Source: Candidatus Peregrinibacteria bacterium RIFCSPLOWO2_01_FULL_39_12 (GTDB lineage: Bacteria > Patescibacteriota > Gracilibacteria > UBA1369 > LOWO2-01-FULL-3). Taken from it: a stretch of DNA of 26,451 nt. The stretch spans positions 1-26,451 of the forward strand of contig MFXA01000026.1 of the NCBI GenBank assembly GCA_001787455.1, read 5' to 3'. The number at the start of each line of letters is the position of its first letter. The stretch's first letter is position 1. Positions 7,888 through 16,665 of the stretch are shown one piece after another. The notes beneath the pieces were generated by a model. It was not told the DNA's origin. It did not search any database and was given only the letters and a program-made list of their open reading frames with translations. A program made the translations under genes and the position numbers.

Positions 7888-8979
7888 TTATCGATTTTTC
7901 AATCTCGTCCCCAGCTGTCCGCATGCACCCGCAATCTTCTGTCCAAAAGAAAAACGCTGAACCGCTTCAATTCCGCCATCCTCCAAAACAGCCTTAAATT
8001 TTGCAATATTTTTTCCGCTGGACGGCTCAAATTTGAAAGGTGTTCGCTTCGCGAACGTTCCTTTATTAGCAAACCCTTCGGGTCTGCTTCCAGTAGGATT
8101 ATATGGAATCAAATTTACAACAAACAAATTTACGAGATATTTTTTAAGCACCTTCACAAGCTCTTTTGCATTTTCAGCAGAATCATTCACATCTTTAATC
8201 AACAAATATTCGATCATCACTTTACGATTGGTTTCTTTTATATAAGCCGCAACTGCCTGCAAAACCTTCTCCAGTGAAAACCTTCGATTAACCGGCATCA
8301 ATTTACTGCGCAATTCATTATTTGGAGCATGTAGAGAAATAGCCAAATTAAACTGGAAAGGTTCTTTCATGAATTTTAAAATCCCGCCTACAATTCCGCA
8401 GGTGGAAATGGAAATATGCCGCGCCGCAATCCCCAATTCTTTATTCAAAAACTTGGCGGCGGATATCATCTCATCATAATTCAAAAATGGCTCCCCCATC
8501 CCCATAAAAGTTACATTTGTCACACGTTGTCCGCTACGCTTCAATAAACGTGAAAATAAAAGCACCTGCATAACAATTTCATCCGACGTTAAATTACGTT
8601 TAAACCCCATATCCCCGGTGGCGCAAAATTCACAACCCATCGCACAACCGATTTGCGAAGACACACAAACAGTATTTCGACTATCGGAATGGTGCATTAA
8701 TACAGCTTCCGCACCTTTAGTGTCCTCAAAACTAACCAAGGCTTTAATGGTTTTGCCATCGCTTGATTCAATCAGTTCGGCTTTTATTCCCAAAGGGAAA
8801 TCAGTATTCAACTTTGCCCGCAAATCTTTGGGAAAAACAGTCACCTCATCCCACGATTCCGCAAAATCATTAAAAATCGCCTTAAAAGCTTGCTTAAGGC
8901 GGAATTTCGGCAAATCAGCGAAAACAGTTTTGAGTTTATTGAGATTCATCTGCAGTAAAATAGCACAAATAGTTCGCAT
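7888..8979 (-). CDS. rlmN: dual-specificity 23S rRNA/tRNA methyltransferase RlmN (radical SAM); likely start ATG 8949; contains an ~18-aa insert
   Basis: CVSSQIGCAMGCEFCATG (CxxxCxxC), MGMGEP, ISLHA, NLIPYNP and ACGQL motifs. Confidence 0.93.
   Translation of the reverse strand: MRTICAILLQMNLNKLKTVFADLPKFRLKQAFKAIFNDFAESWDEVTVFPKDLRAKLNTDFPLGIKAELIESSDGKTIKALVSFEDTKGAEAVLMHHSDSRNTVCVSSQIGCAMGCEFCATGDMGFKRNLTSDEIVMQVLLFSRLLKRSGQRVTNVTFMGMGEPFLNYDEMISAAKFLNKELGIAARHISISTCGIVGGILKFMKEPFQFNLAISLHAPNNELRSKLMPVNRRFSLEKVLQAVAAYIKETNRKVMIEYLLIKDVNDSAENAKELVKVLKKYLVNLFVVNLIPYNPTGSRPEGFANKGTFAKRTPFKFEPSSGKNIAKFKAVLEDGGIEAVQRFSFGQKIAGACGQLGTRLKNR
8035..8088. repeat. 54-bp double-hairpin element in frame within rlmN
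   Basis: Coding strand AGCAGACCC-GAA-GGGTTTGCT (8068-8088) and AAAGG..GTTCGC-GAA-GCGAAC.CCTTT (8036-8064); encodes SRPEGFANKGTFAKRTPF. Confidence 0.65.
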
Positions 8980-8981
8980 AG

Positions 8982-9005
8982 AAAAGTCTGCACGGGCAGA
9001 CTTTT
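8982..9005. terminator. intrinsic terminator, probably ending the csoR-copA transcript
   Basis: Perfect 10-bp inverted repeat AAAAGTCTGC-ACGG-GCAGACTTTT with T-tails on both strands, about 90 nt after the copA stop. Confidence 0.75.
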
Positions 9006-9091
9006 AGATCAATTTATCGGCTTGTATAAGTCATTCAATTATCAGAAATAACATAATCCGAGTTTATTATACGAACCACCAGACGAACTGC

Positions 9092-11413
9092 TTAAAACTT
9101 CACCTTAAACCTCTTCAGCCTAAGCGCATTCAACACGACACTTATCGAAGAAAAAGCCATTGCACCCGCAGAAAAAATAGGGCTCAACAGCCCGAAAGCG
9201 GCTACCGGCACACCAACCGTATTATAAATAAACGCCCAAAAAAGATTTTGTTTGATATTTCGCAAAGTCGCAATCGAAAGCTCGATAGACTCAACAGCCT
9301 TCATCAAATCCCCCTTCACAAGCACTACATCGCCGGACTCAATAGCTATATCCGTTCCGGTACCCATTGCAATCCCAACATCTGCGGTCGCAAGAGCAGG
9401 AGCATCATTTATTCCATCGCCGATCATCGCCACAAACTCCCCCGCGCTTTGAAGCTCCTTCACTTTTTTGGTTTTGCCTTCCGGAGTAATTTGAGCGAAC
9501 ACATTATCGATTCCAACATTTTTGGCGATACTTTGAGCGACAGCGGGATTATCTCCCGTCATCATCAAAGTTTTAATATTCCTTGCATGCAGTAATTTAA
9601 CTGCACCGCCGGCACCCTCTTTTTCTCTGTCCTGAAGCGCAAAAACTCCACGCTCACGACCGTCAATTGCAAAATACAAAACGGTTTTACCGTCTTTTTC
9701 TTTCTCCTCGGCCTGCGAATCCAGCTCGGCGCATCTTACAACTTTTTTATCATGCAAAAATTTCTTGCTGCCAATAAGAACTTCCGTACCACCAACAACA
9801 CCAAAAATACCCTTGCCGATTACGGCTTCCGCACCTTTAACTTTCACAAATTCAACGGAAAAATCCAAAGCATAAGAAACAACGGCCTTGGCTAAAGGAT
9901 GCTCGGAATTGTGTTCAAGCGAGGAAACAAACTGCAAAACTTTTTCCCTGTATCCGGATTTATCTTTCGGAGAAACCCCGTCCAGCTCAAATTTTTTATA
10001 AGAACTTTCCGGAACATCGTACAAAACAAAATCCGTCACTTTCGGCTTGCCTTCGGTAATTGTCCCTGTCTTATCAAAACAAATAACAGTAATTTTGTGC
10101 ATTTTTTCCAAACTGTCGGCTTTTTTGATCAAGATACCCATTTGCGCACCGCGTCCGGAACCCACAACTATAGAAACCGGCGTCGCAAGCCCAAGAGCGC
10201 ACGGACAAGCGATAATTAAAACAGCAACAGCGGGAATAATTGAAGTAGCAACATCACCGCTTACATACCACCATCCCAAAAACGCAAGCACGGCAATTAA
10301 AATAACAATCCATACAAAATATTGCGATACGCGGTCAACAAGTTTTTGGATGGGAGCTTTGCTCATTTGCGCCATTTCGACAAGCTTAACCATTTGAGAA
10401 AGGACAGTATCGCTGCCAATTTTTTTCGCCTGCATTACAAAAGAAGTATTGCCGTTAACGGTTGCACCTATAACACTGTCGCCATCTTTTTTATCAACAG
10501 GCATGCTTTCTCCGGTAATCATGGACTCATCAATAGTCGCAGCACCTTCGAAAATCACACCGTCAACCGGAATTTTTTCTCCCGGCTTAACCATAAGCCT
10601 GTCCCCTATTTGCACATCCTTTATCGGCACATCTTTAAAATGCCCGCCGGAAGAAGCAACATGGGCAAATTTAGCCTGAAGCCCGACAAGTTTTCGTATA
10701 GCTTCGGAAGCGCTACCTTTTGCTTTCGCTTCAAGATAATGCCCTAGCGCGACAAAAGTCGTAATAATGGCGGAATCCATAAAATACTCAGCCCCGCTCA
10801 TCGAATACACAGTATTATAAGTGGAATAAATAAAAGCCGCTCCGACTCCAACCGCAACAAGAGTACTCATATTCGGTCTTCCTTTAAAAATAAAAGGCGG
10901 AATTCCCTGAACAAAAAACTCCTTGCCTGTGTACATAAGAATAAAAAGCGTAACAACAAGCATTGTGTAATGCTCGTACTTAAAATCAATCGCAAAAGCC
11001 AACATCAAAACAAAAATACTGGCAACCATACCAAACACAACTTTATAAAACCTTCTCTTTATATCTTTTTTGCTTTCCATTTGCATATGATCGTGCTCGC
11101 CGGAACCACCATCACCGCCGCCATCACCGTGAACACCCATATCATGACCACCATGACCGCCATGCCCGCTATTCCCTTCATCACTGCCGCCCGAATCCTC
11201 CAATAAATAAGCATGATAACCCGTATCTTTAATTTGCTTAACAATATCTTCCGGAGTAAGCAAAGCATCGTCATACATAACTTCAGCTTTTTCAGCGGCG
11301 AAATTTACAGCTATATGATGAACTCCCTTCATCTTCGAAACATCTTTTTCAATATGAAGAACGCATGAGCCGCAATTCATATCCGTAATTTTGAAAATTT
11401 TCGTTATATGCAT
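9092..11413 (-). CDS. copA: Cu(I)-translocating P1B-1 type ATPase
   Basis: N-terminal MNCGSC HMA domain, [24 protein letters not shown] and MAFSS motifs. Confidence 0.92.
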   Translation of the reverse strand: MHITKIFKITDMNCGSCVLHIEKDVSKMKGVHHIAVNFAAEKAEVMYDDALLTPEDIVKQIKDTGYHAYLLEDSGGSDEGNSGHGGHGGHDMGVHGDGGGDGGSGEHDHMQMESKKDIKRRFYKVVFGMVASIFVLMLAFAIDFKYEHYTMLVVTLFILMYTGKEFFVQGIPPFIFKGRPNMSTLVAVGVGAAFIYSTYNTVYSMSGAEYFMDSAIITTFVALGHYLEAKAKGSASEAIRKLVGLQAKFAHVASSGGHFKDVPIKDVQIGDRLMVKPGEKIPVDGVIFEGAATIDESMITGESMPVDKKDGDSVIGATVNGNTSFVMQAKKIGSDTVLSQMVKLVEMAQMSKAPIQKLVDRVSQYFVWIVILIAVLAFLGWWYVSGDVATSIIPAVAVLIIACPCALGLATPVSIVVGSGRGAQMGILIKKADSLEKMHKITVICFDKTGTITEGKPKVTDFVLYDVPESSYKKFELDGVSPKDKSGYREKVLQFVSSLEHNSEHPLAKAVVSYALDFSVEFVKVKGAEAVIGKGIFGVVGGTEVLIGSKKFLHDKKVVRCAELDSQAEEKEKDGKTVLYFAIDGRERGVFALQDREKEGAGGAVKLLHARNIKTLMMTGDNPAVAQSIAKNVGIDNVFAQITPEGKTKKVKELQSAGEFVAMIGDGINDAPALATADVGIAMGTGTDIAIESGDVVLVKGDLMKAVESIELSIATLRNIKQNLFWAFIYNTVGVPVAAFGLLSPIFSAGAMAFSSISVVLNALRLKRFKVKF

Positions 11414-11416
11414 AAT

Positions 11417-11917
11417 TTAACAGCAGTTATCCAATTTTTTAATTATAGAAGAATCTTTGCCAGATTTTTCCTGCTCCTTAACAACATCGTCATGGGTTGT
11501 TCCCTGGAAAAGAAACGTAGCCAAAGAAACCAAAATAACAAACAAAACAGCGATCATCAAAACCCAGTCAAACTTTTTTTCAAGGAGATTAAAAACAAAA
11601 TAAAATCCCGAAATAACAATCGCCAAACGCACAAACCAAAAATTCCTTATACTTCGTTTTTTATAAGCAGCCTCCATTTTATACATAAAACCGGCGACAC
11701 TCATCCCCATCAAAATACCAAGCGAAATCAATGACACACTTTCTCCAATCAGCCACAAAACCAACAAAATAATCCAAGTTGCACTCACCGAGGCGCAAAC
11801 AGCGCAAACATTAAACGGCAGTTTTGGCTGGATATATGGCTTTATAAACGCAACAAAAAAATAAATAACGGGAATTGTGATAAGAGGAATTAAATTTTGT
11901 TCAAGCAAGATACTCAT
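11417..11917 (-). CDS. membrane protein with CAVC motif and C-terminal CC; start moved to ATG 11917
   Basis: The ORF track start (11950) overlaps the upstream gene, while ATG 11917 lies 1 nt after its TAG. Multiple hydrophobic helices; ends LDNCC. Confidence 0.75.
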   Translation of the reverse strand: MSILLEQNLIPLITIPVIYFFVAFIKPYIQPKLPFNVCAVCASVSATWIILLVLWLIGESVSLISLGILMGMSVAGFMYKMEAAYKKRSIRNFWFVRLAIVISGFYFVFNLLEKKFDWVLMIAVLFVILVSLATFLFQGTTHDDVVKEQEKSGKDSSIIKKLDNCC

Positions 11918-11918
11918 A

Positions 11919-13532
11919 CTAGGTAAAAAATTTAAGAATAATAACTCCAAGAGCGATCATGGTTAGCCCGATAATAATTTTAGACATTTTGGATTCCTTG
12001 CGCTCCCATTCCTGAAGTTTTTCAGTAGCTTTCGCATTGCCGGCAAGAGCGAGAATAATTAAAAGAGGCGAAATGAATATAAAATTATACCAAATCATCC
12101 ACCAAAGCCCCTGCACATAAGTTTGCGAAGAAGCCAAAAGCCCGATAACAGCGACATATATTCCTCCGGAACAAGGGAAAGTGCAAAGTCCGACTATAAA
12201 TCCTCCGATAAAAGCCGCCGGAACCGTAGCTTTATAAAGCCACTTTTCAAGAACAGCCTTTGTATTTAAAGGAATTCTTAAACGGATTGGAAACCTCGGA
12301 AACACAATCCCAAGAAGCTGGATAATACCAAGTCCGATAACAAGATAAGAGCCGATATAAGCCATTAAATGAGGCGCCCCACTAATCACTATCGCCTGCG
12401 CGATCCCTATTCCAATCAAAAAATACGCAAGATAAATGGCAAAAATATACACAAGACTAACTTTCCATATACTTCGCGTTGTTTTTTTTATGGAAAACAA
12501 AAACGCTATAAAGAAAAGTAAAACGGCGATAGCGCAGGGATTTATTCCGTCCAAAAACGCACTTGAAGTAATAAGCGCAAAAAACCCCCAAAATCCGGAA
12601 GGAGTGGATAAAATTTGATCCCCACCCCAAGTTTTATGCCAGTCCAGATAAGTTGTAATAGGCTCGTCAATAGGATATGTTTTCACTTCGCCTTTAAAAT
12701 CCCATACCTTGTAATTTTCGGCATGCCCGTGCATTTCATCCTGATAAACAAGAATTTTCTCATATTCATCCGGATGCTCCAGCAAATACCGCATTATTTC
12801 TTCGGGAACATGCCCGCCGATTAGAAGTTTGTCATCCACAAAAGCCTCAATATGGCTTTGCAAATCAAACGGAACATTCCATTTTTCATTATATTCATTA
12901 AGGGTTTGACGGTTTTCCTTCTCATTTATATAGTCTTTATTTAAAACGGAAAATCCATATTCTCCGAAGAAAACGGGATATGTTTGCATGACAAGCTCGC
13001 CGCAATCTTTGCAGGCTTCGTTGAAGAAAACAACAACAGATTTATCACTGAAACCTTTGCCGGCTTCACCTGAGCCGGAATTGCCGGAAACTTCCCTGAC
13101 AACATTTCCCATCAATTCAATCGCAACTTCCGGATTCTCCGGATCGGAAGTTTTTAAATAAATCTCTCTTACAATCTCCCCTGATTGATCGGCATGAGCG
13201 TTTGGATCAAAAGTAACAACCATTTCCCTTTTGGAAGAAGCCGGCATATCGGACAAATCCATTTTCGCAACAGTGCACCCGCAGCTTGTCGAAAGCTTGT
13301 TGATTTTAAGAATTTCACCGCCAACATTTTCAACCGTAAAAGTGGTGGACACCAATCCTTTTTCCGGATATACATCCCCAAAATCATAAGTTAAAGGAGA
13401 AACCTTAACTGACCCGCCGCTGTATAGCTCCGCCGGAGGCGGAGTGACCGAAGCGTGTGCGACATGAGTAGTCGAAAAAACAATAACAAACAAAAAAGAC
13501 ATCAAAATCCACTTTTTAAAACCCTTAATCAT
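11919..13532 (-). CDS. fusion: signal peptide + DUF1573-like domain + thioredoxin-like CxxC domain + CcdA/DsbD-type membrane domain
   Basis: TSCGCT/FDPNAH; CKDC...GGHVP; DGINPCA and FPCSGG in a 6-TM C-terminal domain (the CcdA catalytic Cys pair). Confidence 0.75.
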   Translation of the reverse strand: MIKGFKKWILMSFLFVIVFSTTHVAHASVTPPPAELYSGGSVKVSPLTYDFGDVYPEKGLVSTTFTVENVGGEILKINKLSTSCGCTVAKMDLSDMPASSKREMVVTFDPNAHADQSGEIVREIYLKTSDPENPEVAIELMGNVVREVSGNSGSGEAGKGFSDKSVVVFFNEACKDCGELVMQTYPVFFGEYGFSVLNKDYINEKENRQTLNEYNEKWNVPFDLQSHIEAFVDDKLLIGGHVPEEIMRYLLEHPDEYEKILVYQDEMHGHAENYKVWDFKGEVKTYPIDEPITTYLDWHKTWGGDQILSTPSGFWGFFALITSSAFLDGINPCAIAVLLFFIAFLFSIKKTTRSIWKVSLVYIFAIYLAYFLIGIGIAQAIVISGAPHLMAYIGSYLVIGLGIIQLLGIVFPRFPIRLRIPLNTKAVLEKWLYKATVPAAFIGGFIVGLCTFPCSGGIYVAVIGLLASSQTYVQGLWWMIWYNFIFISPLLIILALAGNAKATEKLQEWERKESKMSKIIIGLTMIALGVIILKFFT

Positions 13533-13558
13533 AGAAATAAATTACAAAAAATAAATAA

Positions 13559-13927
13559 TTACTTGGTAATTCCCATATGCTCTTGCATCTTGTCCAGCAT
13601 ATAAGATTTCCATTGATCGGAAGTTGCAAGTCCGCTGACATCGTCATCGTTCAAATCATTCATCATGGATTCCCAGTTGTAAGCCTTGCCTCCATACGTA
13701 CCGCCCATCATTGACCGCATGCCTTTCCAACCCCAGCCCGCAGTTAAAAGAACACCAATAATACCAATAACCGCAAGCCAAAGAGTCCAGTCCTTAAGCT
13801 CCTTTTCTTTCATAAACTTTATCGCCCAAACAACCAAAAAAACCACGGCGAGAAAAATAATAACACCAAAAACCAGATGAAAATTCCACCAAAAGGCGGA
13901 ACCGTACAGAGAACTTGTATTCATCAT
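13559..13927 (-). CDS. hypothetical membrane protein with a Met-rich C-terminal tail
   Basis: 122 aa, two TM helices followed by MRSMMGG...ESMMND...YMLDKMQEHMG. Confidence 0.75.
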   Translation of the reverse strand: MMNTSSLYGSAFWWNFHLVFGVIIFLAVVFLVVWAIKFMKEKELKDWTLWLAVIGIIGVLLTAGWGWKGMRSMMGGTYGGKAYNWESMMNDLNDDDVSGLATSDQWKSYMLDKMQEHMGITK

Positions 13928-13959
13928 AATAAGATAGATTAAAAAAATAAATTTATATG

Positions 13960-14808
13960 TTATTTTGCAGATTCTTGGATAGGTTCAACAACTTTTCCGC
14001 TTTTTAAATCTTTATACGCAAGACCCATCGCATCAAGCTTGCGCAAAACAAAACTACCATCGCTTTCTATGCTTCCGACACTGCCCCATGCAGAAACAAA
14101 TTGCTCATAATATTTTGCATCCGCAGACAAAATCATGGTGGGAACACTCGTAACATTGTATTTTTCAACAAGCTCATTTCCTGTATCGTCGGAAACATCA
14201 ACAAGAGATTCCTTTGCAACATAAATGCCAAACTTTGAAAGGATAGGTTTTTGCACGGAAAGAACATCGTAACAGTTTTTACAACCGTCATCGACAATAA
14301 ACGTAACGGTAACTTCGCCAAACATTTTACCGGAATCCAAATCAAAATATGGAGGAACAGCCTGCTCCATAACAAGCGCATCCTCATCTACAACAACACC
14401 GCCCAACTTTTTAACGGATTCTGAAAAAGAGGTTTTTATTTTCTCATCAGATTCAAAAATCAAAACAGGCAGTTTTTTTATCGCATATTTTTTAATCAAT
14501 TCTTTGGCATCCTCATCGGCATAAGACATTTGAATATCCTCGGAAATTTCCACATTTTTAGATGCAAAATTGCTTTTGACAACATCCAAAGTTTTACATT
14601 TATCGCAACCAACAGGGGAAATTAAAGTAAGTGCACCCTCCTGCGGACGGGCAAGGTCAAGAGCTTCATCCAATTTCCCATCCACAATAAAAGTAAACAG
14701 TCCCATCGTCACAACATTTACAGCAAGAACAACAATAAGGATAAAAACAAGCGCATTGGAAAAACCCAAAACAGCGCGATTTTTGATAGATTTTTGCATC
14801 TCATTCAT
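13960..14808 (-). CDS. membrane-anchored protein with two tandem thioredoxin-like CxxC domains
   Basis: N-terminal TM; CDKC...KYAIKKLPVLIF and CKNC...KYNVTSVPTMIL repeated modules. Confidence 0.7.
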   Translation of the reverse strand: MNEMQKSIKNRAVLGFSNALVFILIVVLAVNVVTMGLFTFIVDGKLDEALDLARPQEGALTLISPVGCDKCKTLDVVKSNFASKNVEISEDIQMSYADEDAKELIKKYAIKKLPVLIFESDEKIKTSFSESVKKLGGVVVDEDALVMEQAVPPYFDLDSGKMFGEVTVTFIVDDGCKNCYDVLSVQKPILSKFGIYVAKESLVDVSDDTGNELVEKYNVTSVPTMILSADAKYYEQFVSAWGSVGSIESDGSFVLRKLDAMGLAYKDLKSGKVVEPIQESAK

Positions 14809-14838
14809 AAGTTATTTATTATTTTATATTGCATCTAA

Positions 14839-15012
14839 TTAACATCCTCCCACCATATCTGGAGCACCACTAGAAGCCGCCGCGGCTGATCCTCCAAAAG
14901 ATATGTTCGCTTCACCAAGCCTGCTTGTTAAATCAAAAAGCAGATAAGTTTGGTAAGAAAGAACCAAAACCGACGCTATAATGACCGATAAAAAAACTTT
15001 TGATGATACCAT
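14839..15012 (-). CDS. 57-aa membrane-anchored peptide ending PDMVGGC; below the ORF-track cutoff
   Basis: Manual translation: MVSSKVFLSVIIASVLVLSYQTYLLFDLTSRLGEANISFGGSAAAASSGAPDMVGGC*. It fills the gap between two co-oriented genes. Confidence 0.8.
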   Translation of the reverse strand: MVSSKVFLSVIIASVLVLSYQTYLLFDLTSRLGEANISFGGSAAAASSGAPDMVGGC

Positions 15013-15044
15013 ATATAAATTTTGTTAAATATTAGGGAACCTCT

Positions 15045-16214
15045 TTAACATCCTCCAACCATATCGGGACTTTTATCGTAAGGAACAAAACCGGATTTTT
15101 TAGCCTCTTTTTGCAAATCTGCAAATTCTTTCTTGTCCAAATACTGTGTAAGATAACGGATATCAGCGGTAAATTTTGAGATGTCCCCCGCCAATTCCTT
15201 TGCCATGCGCTCCTGCATTTGTTTCGGGAAATACAGCCCTTTTTGCCTCATAAGTTCATAAGCGATATCGGCATCGCTCATTTCCGGATAATTTCTAATC
15301 AAATAAGCGGCAGTCCCCCTCATGGCGATAGAGTGCGCACATCCGCATGTTGGAGAACCGTCTTCCCTGACAAGAGTTATAACGCCGCAACAAAATTCAC
15401 ATGTAACGGTAGGTTCGGTCCCGATCTTTATATAACGCTTCAGCTCCGTATCATTGAGATCAATAGGCGCGGAACCCTGCATAGGAGCCATTTTCGACAA
15501 CTTCCCGATTGAAGTGTTTATTGCGGAAACATTCGAAAAATCCAATCCCAGCTCAGCACCATAAAAAGGATTGACAGTTGGCGTAACAAGAACAGCTATA
15601 TCACGGGAAAATTCTCCGGAAAGCTCAATTTCTTTCCCGCTCTGACCGCCCATAAGCTTTTCGCCAAGCTTAACAGCGAGCACTTGGTTGTTCATAAACA
15701 AAATAGCGACAACGACAATCAAAAGAGTATTTAAAAAATGTGATTTATCAACAGGATGAATTTTTTCATCTTCAAATCTTTCCAATAAAATCAAAATAGC
15801 TACAAGAATTAAAATTCCTGCGACTAATCGGAACCACCAAAAATAAGGAGATACAACCGCAAGCGTGGCGGACATCCCAAAATATGACAAGAAAAATACC
15901 GGACACACCGGACAAAGAAGCGTAAACAAAGAAGTTAAGCCGGACAAAGAACCGATTGCACAAGAAGCAACTCGAGCCCGCCTTACAATAATAAACAGCG
16001 CAACACCGAACCCGAAGAAAACGGAAAAGAAACCAACAAAAAGCATATCAAAAACCGTAACAGGATTCATATAGGCGATTCCATAATTAAAAAACGGGAT
16101 AGTCCAAAGTCCCAGAAAAAAAGTTTGCAAAGCGAACATCACAAACCCGCTGATGATAAGTATCAGCCAAAACCGCAAGCTCGATATAAGTATTTTTAAT
16201 TTATGCATGTACAT
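15045..16214 (-). CDS. membrane protein with CPVCP, CEFCCG and CGCAHS motifs, ending PDMVGGC
   Basis: 389 aa: about 5 N-terminal TM helices, then a soluble Cys-rich domain. Confidence 0.8.
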   Translation of the reverse strand: MYMHKLKILISSLRFWLILIISGFVMFALQTFFLGLWTIPFFNYGIAYMNPVTVFDMLFVGFFSVFFGFGVALFIIVRRARVASCAIGSLSGLTSLFTLLCPVCPVFFLSYFGMSATLAVVSPYFWWFRLVAGILILVAILILLERFEDEKIHPVDKSHFLNTLLIVVVAILFMNNQVLAVKLGEKLMGGQSGKEIELSGEFSRDIAVLVTPTVNPFYGAELGLDFSNVSAINTSIGKLSKMAPMQGSAPIDLNDTELKRYIKIGTEPTVTCEFCCGVITLVREDGSPTCGCAHSIAMRGTAAYLIRNYPEMSDADIAYELMRQKGLYFPKQMQERMAKELAGDISKFTADIRYLTQYLDKKEFADLQKEAKKSGFVPYDKSPDMVGGC

Positions 16215-16647
16215 GTTCTTTTATACAACAAGCCATATTTTTATGTTGATTCAACTTTACCATCATATATATAACTCCACCAATATTTATCAAAACACCA
16301 AAGCCCAAAAACCAATTTTGATAATTCATAAAAGAAGCAAAACCGATAAGACCGAGAAAAGGAAAAATATTCACAAGATAATGAGCACAGCACGCGACCA
16401 TAGCGCCAATATTTACACCAGCCGAAGCTCCAACCATTTTTAAACTGTTTTCTCGTATAACCAGCCTGATTTTTTGGAAGAAATACATCTGCAAAGCAAA
16501 TCCCAGCAAAAGCGGTATAATTAAAAACCATTTATCCACAAAAAACTCCAGGGGATAAAACTTGTCAAAAGTCGTCAAAAAAAGAATCAAATAATAAAAC
16601 CCTGTCATCCCCGCTAAACTAATCGCGCTAAAAATATACGGACTCAC
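16201..16647 (-). CDS. small membrane protein with MVACCAH and C-terminal MACC..HVH motifs
   Basis: 148 aa (GTG start), about 4 TM helices; stop overlaps the start of the next gene. Confidence 0.75.
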   Translation of the reverse strand: MSPYIFSAISLAGMTGFYYLILFLTTFDKFYPLEFFVDKWFLIIPLLLGFALQMYFFQKIRLVIRENSLKMVGASAGVNIGAMVACCAHYLVNIFPFLGLIGFASFMNYQNWFLGFGVLINIGGVIYMMVKLNQHKNMACCIKEHVHA

Positions 16648-16665
16648 AAAAACAAAAGTTAAAAA

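Noticed and set aside
14875-14887. Small palindrome AGCCG-CCG-CGGCT (and GATGC...GCATC near 16760-16779)
   Set aside because: The 5-bp stems are explained by Ala/Gly codon runs and are within chance expectation.
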